From an uncultured Mailhella sp. (GTDB taxonomy: Bacteria; Desulfobacterota; Desulfovibrionia; Desulfovibrionales; Desulfovibrionaceae): 42,780 nucleotides of DNA. Positions within the stretch are counted from its first letter, which is position 1. Every line of letters starts with the position of its first letter. Below the pieces are notes generated by a model, which searched no databases, was not told the origin of the DNA, and saw only the letters and a program-made list of their open reading frames with translations. The stretch covers positions 1 through 42,780 of the forward strand of contig CAOMFZ010000001.1 in assembly GCA_948482415.1 (NCBI GenBank), written 5' to 3'. This document shows positions 20,090-29,692 of this stretch, piece by piece. The translations under genes were made by a program, and so were the position numbers.

Positions 20090-20518
20090 TCAACGTTTAA
20101 ATGCAAAATATTTAAATAAAAGAAAAGTACTTACTGTCGTCAAGAAAATTGCAATAATTTGTCCGATAATAACATGCAGTCCTGCATAATGCACAATGAG
20201 CTCCAACGAAACAGCATTTATGCAATAGCCTATTGCCCAGGTCATTAAACACTTCACATACTCTTTCAGCCAGTTTCCCTTTGTCTGAAAAACAAAAACT
20301 TTTTGCATAGTAAAAGAAATCACAGAAGAGAGACTCCACGAAGCCAACAAACTCACCTGATATCTTTCTTCTCCCAATATTTTGATAAATAATACAAATA
20401 ATAAAAATGAAACAAGAGTGTTACAAGCACCAACCAGCACAAATTTAATAATTAAACGATATTTTTTTATAACCCTTATAATTCGCTCAATTTTCATACT
20501 TGCTGTTTCCGTATACAT
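20090..20518 (-). CDS. gtrA: GtrA family flippase-like membrane protein
   Basis: IKFVLVGACNT, SF...KVFVF, C-terminal KYFAFK, four TMs. Confidence 0.9.
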   Translation of the reverse strand: MYTETASMKIERIIRVIKKYRLIIKFVLVGACNTLVSFLLFVLFIKILGEERYQVSLLASWSLSSVISFTMQKVFVFQTKGNWLKEYVKCLMTWAIGYCINAVSLELIVHYAGLHVIIGQIIAIFLTTVSTFLLFKYFAFKR

Positions 20519-20529
20519 TAAAATGCAGC

Positions 20530-22755
20530 TTATTGTAATTCAGTCAATTTTATTTCTTCCATGGATTTAAGTACTTTTTGCAATACCTCATCATCGAAAT
20601 TAATAAAAATATAATTATCTTGGACTAAAATAGCGTTAATTGAAGGCAGCAATCTCATATTTTTTAATAAATCATAATAAGGTAATAACTCAATAATTGC
20701 TTTATTTGTCTCTTTTTCTTTCATTCCAACATAATTTAATTGAAGAACACGTTCACATTTAAAATTTGGAATAAAAATTTTAATAACAGAAGGAAAAACC
20801 CAGTACACAAATGAAGAGGTACTAATAAATGAATAATCTAAAAAATCAAACCGTTCCTTATAAAAAGACAAAACAAAAGGTTTATATTCCCCCAAAAAAA
20901 CAATTTTATACTGATTTTGATAACAATAAGGAGAATTAGATATATTTTCAACAACTCGCTCAATTATCCGATTTTGATATTCAAATTCCATTTTCCATAA
21001 CTTTTGAGCGTCAACGATCCTATAAATATTCATTGGTATCAGAACAATTAAAAATGTAATTAATATATTTTTTGCCCAAATAAATTTTGTTTTTAAAATC
21101 ATTACAACCCAAAAAGCACCAAGAAAAATATATCCAAAAAATAAGACTCTTTCGTATGCAAAATTTCTTCCCAAAATAAAAGTTGCGGTATTAGCAGCCA
21201 AAGGAAGTAAACATAATCCTATAATAATAAAAAATAGTTGGAAAAATTTTATTTGGTATCTTTTTTTATAATATAAGCAGAATGAAATAAACGAAATAAA
21301 ACATAACATAAAGAATAAGATAATGATATTTATATCATAAAAAGGCACTGTCAAAATCAAATTTTCAAAACTTGCTCTTACAATTTTATAAAATAAAGAA
21401 AAAGAACCACCTAAAAATTTTGTATCAGTATTATAACAAGGCAATAGAACATTTGAAACTGATAAAATATAAAACACTAATCTAAAAAAGATTAAACTTA
21501 TTATGACACAGCCGAATGTTCTTTTAAATTTTTGATATAAAAAAATTATAGATTGCTTTTCAAAACAATAAGTAAGTACAATTTTTCCAAGAAAAATGAC
21601 AATAATAGTTGAAACTGCTGGTTGATATATGCCCAAACCTAAAAGAAATAATAGACATGCTAAGAAGAAATAACCATGCGATTTTTTTTCTGATAAGATT
21701 AATGCTAAAATCATAATAGAAGGCAGCCATAAATTGGAAACAACATTAATTGCAAAATATATCCAGTAAACAACTAATGGATTTAATACAATAATTAATG
21801 AAATAACGAGATAATTAAAAAATGTTTTTTGCACTTTCCAATAATGAGCCAATAAAATTCCTGTTAAAGAAAATCCTAATAACATAAAAGAAACAGTTAT
21901 AAGAGGAAGGAATCTTCCCCCTAAAAATTGCTGTATCCAATATGCAGAAAATCGACCATTTTTCCGCACAACAGGCGGAATAATGTCGCCCCACATTCCA
22001 TGCATAACATAGTCCCAATCGTGATTACCCCAAATAAAATGAATATTATAATAGAGAAAAACAAGATTTAATACAATAAAAACAGTCCAAAATGTTTTTT
22101 TATACACTACATCTATATCACGGTATTTCTGGATAATAAGCATATCCCACTCACCGTATTTTTCAATGTGTAAACAAATGTTTTGAAAAAGTTTTATTAT
22201 TGCTCCATAATAAAATTTCCATAACAAAAAAATAGAAGCTAAAAGTAAAACTATACTCAATGCCAATTGAGGAATATAAATATTTCGCAGTATCAATTTT
22301 GTTTTATATTTTAAACCAAAAGAAACAACTTCATCTTTATTGACAGAAACAGTATCTATATAGGGCCGTTCATACCAGACCGTCTGTTTTTTATTATTAT
22401 AATTTTGTCCATTTATTTTTATATTCTTTATATTAATCGAAAACTCTATTTCTTTATCACCATCTTTTTTTTGCTCAGTATACAATTTTAAATTTATTTT
22501 TTCATTATCTATATTTTTTATATAAATAGTGTTAGATTGATAAAAAAAGTTTGAAGGCAATAAAACAGTATACTTTTCTTCACTGTTTTTCTTGATAATC
22601 ATACCTTTTCCTTGATTATCTTCAATAAGAAACGGATGCTCAGCAGAAATATCTACAAACAGTGTTTTATTTATATTACTTGTATACAATAAAAATAAGC
22701 CGCAAATAAATAATAGAACTGAAAAAAATGTTATAACAACTTTATTACGAAACAT
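20530..22755 (-). CDS. polytopic GT-C glycosyltransferase (GtrC/GtrII-like) with an extra N-terminal periplasmic domain
   Basis: WGNHDW...GRF motif, LGIYQ motif, about 11-13 TMs; position between gtrB and gtrA; very AT-rich codons. Confidence 0.75.
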   Translation of the reverse strand: MFRNKVVITFFSVLLFICGLFLLYTSNINKTLFVDISAEHPFLIEDNQGKGMIIKKNSEEKYTVLLPSNFFYQSNTIYIKNIDNEKINLKLYTEQKKDGDKEIEFSINIKNIKINGQNYNNKKQTVWYERPYIDTVSVNKDEVVSFGLKYKTKLILRNIYIPQLALSIVLLLASIFLLWKFYYGAIIKLFQNICLHIEKYGEWDMLIIQKYRDIDVVYKKTFWTVFIVLNLVFLYYNIHFIWGNHDWDYVMHGMWGDIIPPVVRKNGRFSAYWIQQFLGGRFLPLITVSFMLLGFSLTGILLAHYWKVQKTFFNYLVISLIIVLNPLVVYWIYFAINVVSNLWLPSIMILALILSEKKSHGYFFLACLLFLLGLGIYQPAVSTIIVIFLGKIVLTYCFEKQSIIFLYQKFKRTFGCVIISLIFFRLVFYILSVSNVLLPCYNTDTKFLGGSFSLFYKIVRASFENLILTVPFYDINIIILFFMLCFISFISFCLYYKKRYQIKFFQLFFIIIGLCLLPLAANTATFILGRNFAYERVLFFGYIFLGAFWVVMILKTKFIWAKNILITFLIVLIPMNIYRIVDAQKLWKMEFEYQNRIIERVVENISNSPYCYQNQYKIVFLGEYKPFVLSFYKERFDFLDYSFISTSSFVYWVFPSVIKIFIPNFKCERVLQLNYVGMKEKETNKAIIELLPYYDLLKNMRLLPSINAILVQDNYIFINFDDEVLQKVLKSMEEIKLTELQ

Positions 22756-22790
22756 AGTTTATCCTTTTATAAAAAGTGCAATATAAAAAT

Positions 22791-23735
22791 TTACTTTCCA
22801 AAATTTATCACTTTAACAATTGAACTTGATTCCACTATATAAGCAGGACGATTTTTTTCTGATATAAAAATTTTTCCTACATATTCCCCTAAAATTCCTA
22901 AAAAACACATTTGAAAACCACTCGTTAGCAATAAAATAATCATTATTGATGACCAACCAGGTTCCACATTAGACAATAAATACATCAAAAGAATATAAAT
23001 AAAATAACAGGCACTAAAAAAAATCTGTATTACACCTAAAAAAGTAGCAATTCTTAAAGGTAATAAGCTAAATGAAGATATCCCGCTCCATGCAAGATTT
23101 ATCATTTTTTTCAAAGTATATTTACTTGTTCCGTATAATCTTTTTTGAGGAGTATACCCAATAAACGTTTGCTTAAAACCCAGCCATGGAATAATTCCTC
23201 GCCAGAAAATCGGATTTTCGCCAAGTTTCTTGCATATATCAACAACTTTCTTATCTAATAAACGAAAATCAGCAGTTCCTTGTTTTATATCAACGGACGT
23301 AATTAATGATAATAACCTATAGTAATATAATGAACTATATTTCTTGAATATTTTTTTCTCTTCTTTATCACTTCTGATTGTATTAACAACATCATAGCCT
23401 TCACGCCATTTTGCTATTAATGTTTCAATTAACTCAACAGGATGCTGCATATCCCCATCCATGGAAATGACACAATCCGCATCTGCATAATCATACCCGG
23501 CTTTGAGTGCTGCCTGATGTCCAAAATTTCTGGAAAAAGAAATATATTCAATTAAACTGTTTTTTGCATGCAATTCTTTACAAATACCTAAAGAACTGTC
23601 TGAACTTCCATCATTGACAAGAATAATTTTATGAAAAGGTAAATTTAATTCTAAAAGTTTTTCACATAATACAGGAATATTCTGCTCTTCATTATACACA
23701 GGGATAATAATATCAATGGAATAGTCAGCACGCAT
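22791..23735 (-). CDS. gtrB: GT2 bactoprenol glycosyltransferase GtrB-like
   Basis: IIPVYNEE, VNDGSSD, FSRNFGHQAAL, MDGDMQHP, DFRLLD, LGILGEYVGKI..RP.Y. Start set at ATG 23735 because of an AAGAGG RBS. Confidence 0.88.
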   Translation of the reverse strand: MRADYSIDIIIPVYNEEQNIPVLCEKLLELNLPFHKIILVNDGSSDSSLGICKELHAKNSLIEYISFSRNFGHQAALKAGYDYADADCVISMDGDMQHPVELIETLIAKWREGYDVVNTIRSDKEEKKIFKKYSSLYYYRLLSLITSVDIKQGTADFRLLDKKVVDICKKLGENPIFWRGIIPWLGFKQTFIGYTPQKRLYGTSKYTLKKMINLAWSGISSFSLLPLRIATFLGVIQIFFSACYFIYILLMYLLSNVEPGWSSIMIILLLTSGFQMCFLGILGEYVGKIFISEKNRPAYIVESSSIVKVINFGK

Positions 23736-23818
23736 TTTCATCCTCTTATAATATTTACAGATTATTAAATCATTTCTCATAATCAAACTTTCTTCTTGCG
23801 TAAAATAAAAAAGTTTAA

Positions 23819-23834
23819 ATATATATATATATAT
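23819..23834. repeat. (AT)8 dinucleotide tract in the gtrB/tauE divergent promoter region
   Basis: ATATATATATATATAT seen directly. On the minus strand TTGCTG-17-TATATT and TTGATT-17-TATATA overlap it. Confidence 0.85.
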
Positions 23835-23950
23835 GGAAAACAGCAAAAAATCAAGGACTTTTTAATCTTGAAGAAATGAAGATATGGACAAGGATTTTTA
23901 TTTTTGCTAAAGAGGAATGAGCAGAAAGGGAAAAAGTATCGGGTGCTTAT

Positions 23951-24694
23951 ATGCTGGAACTGACACCTTTTTTATATATATTTATTGGACTTGCGGTTAT
24001 TTTTGGCGGCGTACTGCGGGGAATCTGTGGCTTTGGCTTTTCCCTGACCCTTGTTGTGGCGCTGACCTTTTTCCTGCCGCCGCTGCTTTCAACGTCGCTG
24101 ATTTTTCTTTGGGAAATTCTTGCCAGCATTCTGCACTTGCCCTTTGTTTGGAAGCATGTTGACTGGAAAGCAATCAAATGGCTGTGTTTAGGCTGTACGC
24201 TCGGCACCCCCCTTGGCGTTTATTCCCTTATTCTTATTCCGCCAACACCCATGACTGTGCTTATTAACATAACTGTTATTGTTCTCAGCCTTATTATGCT
24301 GAGGGGCTATACCTTGAAACGCAATTTAAATGCTCTTGAAATCGTGGGCACCGGAACCATTTCCGGGGTCATCAACGGTGCTTCTGCCAATGGCGGGCCT
24401 CCTGTTATTTTGCTTTTCTTTTCAAGTCCTGCGGGAGCTAATGTCGGACGGGCTTCACTCATTGCCTATTTTCTGTTTACAGACTGTTGTGCGTCTTCAA
24501 TTTTGGCAATGAAAGGACTTATGACGCTTGAAATTCTTTTCACAGCCCTTTGTTATATTCCTTGTCTTGCCCTTGGTATTTGGATAGGCTCAAGATTTTA
24601 TCACCGCATTGATGAGCGCAAATTCAAGCGTTTTGTGATTATTCTGCTGATTATTATTTCCGGTTTCGGCTGTATCAAAGCGCTATTGGCATAA
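23951..24694 (+). CDS. sulfite exporter TauE/SafE family membrane protein
   Basis: GGVLRGICGFG, G.PLG, GVING...GGPP motifs; about 8 TMs. Confidence 0.9.
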   Translation: MLELTPFLYIFIGLAVIFGGVLRGICGFGFSLTLVVALTFFLPPLLSTSLIFLWEILASILHLPFVWKHVDWKAIKWLCLGCTLGTPLGVYSLILIPPTPMTVLINITVIVLSLIMLRGYTLKRNLNALEIVGTGTISGVINGASANGGPPVILLFFSSPAGANVGRASLIAYFLFTDCCASSILAMKGLMTLEILFTALCYIPCLALGIWIGSRFYHRIDERKFKRFVIILLIIISGFGCIKALLA

Positions 24695-24740
24695 AAGAAG
24701 CCCCATTTATTGAAAAAACAGCAATAAATGGGGCTTCTTT
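24694..24740. terminator. bidirectional terminator between tauE and yedF
   Basis: perfect 19-bp inverted repeat AAAGAAGCCCCATTTATTG / CAATAAATGGGGCTTCTTT with a 9-nt loop. Confidence 0.88.
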
Positions 24741-24758
24741 ATGTTTTCTGTCTTTTTT

Positions 24759-25439
24759 TTATGGTCTAATAACTTTATCAGCCAAATCAAGCGTTGTCAC
24801 AATATCCAGCATATTGGTTGTTTCACCGATTTTCTTTGCATCGAGCAAACCAAAATGGTTCAGGCAAGTGCCGCAAACATTGATTTTTACGCCTTGTGCT
24901 GCAAGTTTTTTCAGGCTTTCAAGGCATTTTCCTTCTTTTGTTGCCAAATGCACACCGCCATTGACCATAATAATTTGCCAAATATCCATTTCTGTGAGGG
25001 TTGCAAGAAAATTTTCCATGAGTTTTGCTCCAAGCTCATCATCTCCATGTCCAAGTTTATCCGTTGCCAGCAAAATTACAGTTTTTCTTTTTTTATCGTA
25101 ACTTACATAATCAGCATAGGTTTCCCCATTTTTCACAAACATGGGATTTTTATTAAGCTCACCGTCTTTAAAAAAATGTGTTTTTTCAAAGCTTGGCACA
25201 GTATTTTGCTCATCCATAGTGCTTTCCACTTTTTGGATAAGTAATTCAAAAAGATTTTCTTTTTCCTGTACTTTTGCCACAGTATAGCCATTATTATTCA
25301 CAAAGCGGGTGATATTTTCAACCGCAGTGGAATTATCCACAACGACCATAAATTCAGCAGGCTTTTGTTTTTCAATAAGTTCTCTTGTGCGCAGTACCGG
25401 TTCAGGGCAGGCAAGTCCTTTGCAGTCAAGTGTTTTCAT
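24759..25439 (-). CDS. yedF: sulfurtransferase-like selenium metabolism protein YedF (TusA + DsrE domains)
   Basis: LDCKGLACPEPV (TusA CPxP), LG.GDDELGAKLM, CGTCL..F, GETTNMLDIV. Confidence 0.9.
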   Translation of the reverse strand: MKTLDCKGLACPEPVLRTRELIEKQKPAEFMVVVDNSTAVENITRFVNNNGYTVAKVQEKENLFELLIQKVESTMDEQNTVPSFEKTHFFKDGELNKNPMFVKNGETYADYVSYDKKRKTVILLATDKLGHGDDELGAKLMENFLATLTEMDIWQIIMVNGGVHLATKEGKCLESLKKLAAQGVKINVCGTCLNHFGLLDAKKIGETTNMLDIVTTLDLADKVIRP

Positions 25440-25451
25440 ATAGCTACCTCT

Positions 25452-27320
25452 TTAGGAAGATTTTTTCTTTTTTAATGCTTTTTTCAGCGAACGGCTTTGC
25501 GGAGAATTAGGATTACGCAAAGCAGCTTTTACTGTTGTTCTTGTGCTGGGCTTAGCTTTTGCTTTGCCTGCGCTTGCTTTTTTTTCTGCTTTTTCAGCCT
25601 TTTCCTCTTTTATTTGTTTATCATCAATATATTGAGATTGTTCCTTTATTTCAGGCATATCATTTTTCTTTTTTGGACTGCGCTTTTCACTGCTTTTTGT
25701 ATGGGAAGAACGCAAATGGACACGCATAGGCGCATGTTCAATGGAAAATAAGCGGCGCAGAGATTTTTCCAAATACCGCAGATAAGACTCTCCCACCCTG
25801 TCTGCATCATTGACAAAAAAAACAAAGGTAGGCGGTTCATTTTCAGCCTGGGTCAGGTAATAGAATTTTGGACGAACACGGCGCACAACAGGAGGCTGAT
25901 GCTTGGTAAGCACTAAATCCATTGCCCGATTGAGCTGCCCCGTGCTGACGCGAACCCCGCATTCCTGTTTTATTTGTTCTGCCATGGGCAAAAGCATTTT
26001 CAGCCCGTATCTGTTTTTGGCTGATGTGGGCATAACAGGCACATGCTGGCAAAAAGCCAGGGTTTCAGAAAATTGTTTTTGCAGTTTCCTGCGTTCAGGC
26101 GCCGGCACTAAATCCATTTTATTGAGGACAATAATAAAAGGCGTTTTGCGCTCGTCTAAGAGTTCCACAAGCCGTTTATCCTGTGCAGTCAAACCTTGCA
26201 GGGCGTCAATAACAAGCAAAATAACATCTGCTTTTGTCGTGCTTTTCAAAGAAGAATTAACTGAAAAGCGCTCTACTGTATCCGTAATTTTGGAACGGCG
26301 GCGAACCCCTGCTGTATCAACAAAAATATACGTCTTATCATTCCAGACAAGAGAAACGTCCACACTGTCACGGGTTGTGCCTGCCACATCGCTGACAATC
26401 ATACGTTCTTTACCCACAAAGGCATTCAAAATAGAAGACTTCCCTGCATTGGGTCTGCCAAGCAGACAAATTTTTAGAGGTCCCTGCTTTTTTGTTTTCT
26501 TTTTAGGCGCAGCGGCATCAATTTCTTTTATTGCTTCATTTTCCTGTTCAGGGTTTTCTTCTGTATTTTCATCGGCGCTCGCCTGCAAAAGTTCTGCTTC
26601 ATCAAAATCAACAAGAAAATCCTCTTGGTTAACGTCATTAAAATCAAGTTCAAAATCTATATCTTCGCTTTCTGCGGATAAAGCTTCTTCCTGTTTACGC
26701 GCTTTTTTACCGGCTTTTTTCGCTTTCTTTTGAGCTATGGCTTCATCATCTTCCTGCAGACCATGCATAATTTCTTCTTCGTCAAAATCAGCCGCTTCCG
26801 GAAGCAAATCCACCAGCAAACTTTCCAGATAGCGAATTTGGTTGCCATGTTCAGCTGAAACAGCCACAAGCGGAAAACCAAGCACATGAAAATCAGCGCA
26901 CATAAACTCTTCTCTTTCCATGCCGTCAACTTTATTCACAACAAGCAAAACAGGTTTTCCAAGCTTACGCAGGTAAGCGGCAATATGTTCATCAAAAGGC
27001 ATACGCCCTTCACGCCCGTCCACAACCAGACAAATGGCGCAGGCTTCCTGCATGGCTTCTTCCGCCTGACGCAGAATTTCTTTTTCAAAACCGCGAATGC
27101 CGTCAGGACCGTCTGCCACCTGAAAATGACTGTCAAGCGTAATACCGCCCGTGTCCACAAGAATAAAAGGGCGGTGGAATTTACTGCGCACAGTTCCTTC
27201 CATTCTGTCACGGGTTATGCCTGCCCTGTCGTGGGTTATGGCGCGGTTACTGCGAATGAGTCTATTAAAAAGGGTTGATTTGCCCACATTAGGGCGTCCC
27301 ATAAGGACAATTTTATACAT
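25452..27320 (-). CDS. der: ribosome biogenesis GTPase Der with expanded acidic linker and basic tail
   Basis: two G domains (GRPNVGKS, DTGG, NKVD; GRPNAGKS, DTAG, NKMD) plus KH-like domain; ATG 27320 with GAGGTG RBS. Confidence 0.97.
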   Translation of the reverse strand: MYKIVLMGRPNVGKSTLFNRLIRSNRAITHDRAGITRDRMEGTVRSKFHRPFILVDTGGITLDSHFQVADGPDGIRGFEKEILRQAEEAMQEACAICLVVDGREGRMPFDEHIAAYLRKLGKPVLLVVNKVDGMEREEFMCADFHVLGFPLVAVSAEHGNQIRYLESLLVDLLPEAADFDEEEIMHGLQEDDEAIAQKKAKKAGKKARKQEEALSAESEDIDFELDFNDVNQEDFLVDFDEAELLQASADENTEENPEQENEAIKEIDAAAPKKKTKKQGPLKICLLGRPNAGKSSILNAFVGKERMIVSDVAGTTRDSVDVSLVWNDKTYIFVDTAGVRRRSKITDTVERFSVNSSLKSTTKADVILLVIDALQGLTAQDKRLVELLDERKTPFIIVLNKMDLVPAPERRKLQKQFSETLAFCQHVPVMPTSAKNRYGLKMLLPMAEQIKQECGVRVSTGQLNRAMDLVLTKHQPPVVRRVRPKFYYLTQAENEPPTFVFFVNDADRVGESYLRYLEKSLRRLFSIEHAPMRVHLRSSHTKSSEKRSPKKKNDMPEIKEQSQYIDDKQIKEEKAEKAEKKASAGKAKAKPSTRTTVKAALRNPNSPQSRSLKKALKKKKSS

Positions 27321-27447
27321 ATACACCTCAATTTGCTAAAAATTACTTTGAAATAAATGAGTTGGGGTGAAATTCAACAATACTGTTCCAATGACTGTTA
27401 TACCTATATCTTTTTTTTTTGCCTTTGTCTATTCTTGTAAAAGCGAC

Positions 27448-27477
27448 AAAAAAAGGGGAATTTCTTCCCCTCTCTTT
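27448..27477 (-). terminator. Rho-independent terminator after the LTA-synthase-like gene
   Basis: minus strand AGGGGAA-GAAA-TTCCCCT followed by a T run. Confidence 0.7.
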
Positions 27478-27494
27478 GCATATTTTTATTCTGA

Positions 27495-29672
27495 TTAATT
27501 TTGATACCTGCTTTTTTGATTATGCAGGATTAAATACTTGCATGTATAGTAATAATCATCTGAAATTTGCCGCATTTCTTTTGCTTTTTCAGGAAATTCC
27601 TCTGTCAGATTTGTGCTGTCATCTTTGGAAATATCATAAAGAGCATCAAATTTATGTTCTTTATCAGTCATTGAGGAAACATACGCATAGGTGTCTTTTA
27701 ACAGCAAATTTCTGCCTTCTTCCGCAGCAATATAGACATAGTTTTTATAAAAATCGTCAAGGTTTTTATTATACACAAAGCGTTCTTCACCATTTTCTTC
27801 AATTATTTCAAACTCTCTGGGAATAAAAATATTATCCGGCAATTTTTGCAGCATGGAAGTTCCAAGCGTTGTATTTAAATAGGATAAGCCTGCAAGCATG
27901 GCAGCTGTCGGAAAAATATCTGCCTGAGAATGGAGAGCAGGATTGACGCCTGCGGGAACATATTTGGGGCAGTGAATAAAAAATGGAATATGCCACCATT
28001 GTGCAGAAGCTGACAAATAGGATTTATTCATCAAATTATTATGTTCTGTTGTACCATGATCTCCGAACAAAATAAAAACAGTATCCTCATACCATGCTGT
28101 TTGTTTTGCCTTTTCAAAAAACTTACTCAAAACATGGTCTACAAAGCGCAAAGCCTGATATTCCGGCTCGCTGCTGAAACCCCAAAATTTCAACGCTTCA
28201 TTGCCGGGACTGGGGGCATAAACAAAACCTTCATTATCATCAGGAATAGTAAAAGGTCTATGATAACCCGCTGTTTGGATAAACGCAATAAAGGGCTTTT
28301 TGCCGGCACTCAGCACATCAATGCTTTCATTCAAAAGTGCCAAATCAGAAATTCCCCATACGTCAGTATTGGAAGCCTTCCAAAAACTTTCTTCTAAGAG
28401 CTGCAGCCCTTCAATGTTATTTTTAAAAACACCGCGAATATTTGCCCAGTTGGCACTTCCGCCTATCATATAATAGCGTTCATAACCGTCAAATTCATTA
28501 AAAATAAGATGCTGATCCACCATTTTGGGATTGCGGGAACTGGCTGTTGCCAAAAAGTTTGTATCAGCAATACCTGTGAGCGTGGACAAAATACCCCGCG
28601 TTGTGGGACGGGCATTGGCATAAAAATTAGGATAATACAGCGAATTTTCCATTAATTCTCTGGCAAAAGGTGTTGGATCAATGGCATACTTTTCCGGAAT
28701 ATCGGCATACTGTGCAAATTCCTTTTTTACGCCTGTACCATGGGGAAGGCTGGCTTTAGGATTTGTCCAGGATTCCATCATAATAATCACAATATTTAAT
28801 GGTTTTTGTGGCTTCTCTCCTGCATAATACCGTGAAAAATCAACAGGTTTATTTTGTGCAGGGATATCCAGCAGCGCTTTCATGCGCGGATAGGCTTCAA
28901 TGGCATACTTTTCAGAAGGTATAATAAAATCAACAGCTTTTATTGTATCATACAAATTTTGCATGGGATTAATTGCAATAAGGGCAATATTTTTATCCAG
29001 GCTGAAATACGCATTGCTCCAGCGCAGAGGAAAAAGGTTGGAACTTATTTGCCCATAGCCGAAAATAAAAAGCAAAATCAACATGCAAAAACGCAGGAAA
29101 ATCGCATAAGTCAAAGATATTGTGCCGCTTTTGCGCGTATAGGTAAAATTGCTTTTGCGCCCAATGATAACAGGAGCATGATTTCTGTAGATTCTATTCC
29201 AAAACCAGTAATACACGGTTATAATACACAAAAGAACAAGGCTGATCCGCACAACAGGATAGGACTGCCAAACCATGGCAAAGCCAATATCTGTTTCCTT
29301 GAGCAAATCCAGCAGCGTCAGGTCAACACGCTGATTTAAATAAAAATAAACACAAATATCAACAAGATAGACAAGAAGCACGAGAAAGAAAACAAGCGTC
29401 TGCACAGAGCAGACAAAGGAACGGAAAAAACTGCTGCGGACAATTAATCGCTCAAAAAAAGGAATAAGCAGGCATAAAGCAGGGAAAAGAACGAGAAAAA
29501 CCGCATAGCGCATATCAAATTTCAAACCAATATACAGCCCGTTATAAATGGCAGCATGGTCTGTGATCTGCGGATATACAAAATACAATACAATAAGGCG
29601 AAAGATAAAGAAAAGCGCAAGATGGCTCAATAATAACAATGCAATCAGCGGTAAAGGAGAATATTTACGCAT
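27495..29672 (-). CDS. LTA synthase family / alkaline-phosphatase superfamily membrane sulfatase-like protein
   Basis: 5 N-terminal TMs, NIVIIMMES, catalytic-type T in RPTTRG, WG.SD, TAGYHRPF, FGDHG, HIPFFI. Confidence 0.88.
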   Translation of the reverse strand: MRKYSPLPLIALLLLSHLALFFIFRLIVLYFVYPQITDHAAIYNGLYIGLKFDMRYAVFLVLFPALCLLIPFFERLIVRSSFFRSFVCSVQTLVFFLVLLVYLVDICVYFYLNQRVDLTLLDLLKETDIGFAMVWQSYPVVRISLVLLCIITVYYWFWNRIYRNHAPVIIGRKSNFTYTRKSGTISLTYAIFLRFCMLILLFIFGYGQISSNLFPLRWSNAYFSLDKNIALIAINPMQNLYDTIKAVDFIIPSEKYAIEAYPRMKALLDIPAQNKPVDFSRYYAGEKPQKPLNIVIIMMESWTNPKASLPHGTGVKKEFAQYADIPEKYAIDPTPFARELMENSLYYPNFYANARPTTRGILSTLTGIADTNFLATASSRNPKMVDQHLIFNEFDGYERYYMIGGSANWANIRGVFKNNIEGLQLLEESFWKASNTDVWGISDLALLNESIDVLSAGKKPFIAFIQTAGYHRPFTIPDDNEGFVYAPSPGNEALKFWGFSSEPEYQALRFVDHVLSKFFEKAKQTAWYEDTVFILFGDHGTTEHNNLMNKSYLSASAQWWHIPFFIHCPKYVPAGVNPALHSQADIFPTAAMLAGLSYLNTTLGTSMLQKLPDNIFIPREFEIIEENGEERFVYNKNLDDFYKNYVYIAAEEGRNLLLKDTYAYVSSMTDKEHKFDALYDISKDDSTNLTEEFPEKAKEMRQISDDYYYTCKYLILHNQKSRYQN

Positions 29673-29692
29673 AGTTTATTTCCTCAATGACG

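Noticed and set aside
23736..23846. N-terminal extension of gtrB in the ORF track (MLFSIYIYIF...)
   Set aside because: It translates through the promoter and the (AT)8 tract; a good RBS supports the ATG at 23735.
23951..25439. tauE and yedF as one sulfur/selenium module
   Set aside because: They are convergent and separated by a strong bidirectional terminator, and yedF is coupled to der instead.
25903..26733. 276-aa + strand ORF, and similar long antisense ORFs at 17189-17866, 18239-18838 and 39661-40248
   Set aside because: These are antisense shadows of der, eno, lolA and secD with no recognisable motifs.
27411..27420. T10 homopolymer in the putative der promoter spacer as a phase-variation tract
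   Set aside because: der is normally essential, and A/T runs are common throughout this AT-rich window.
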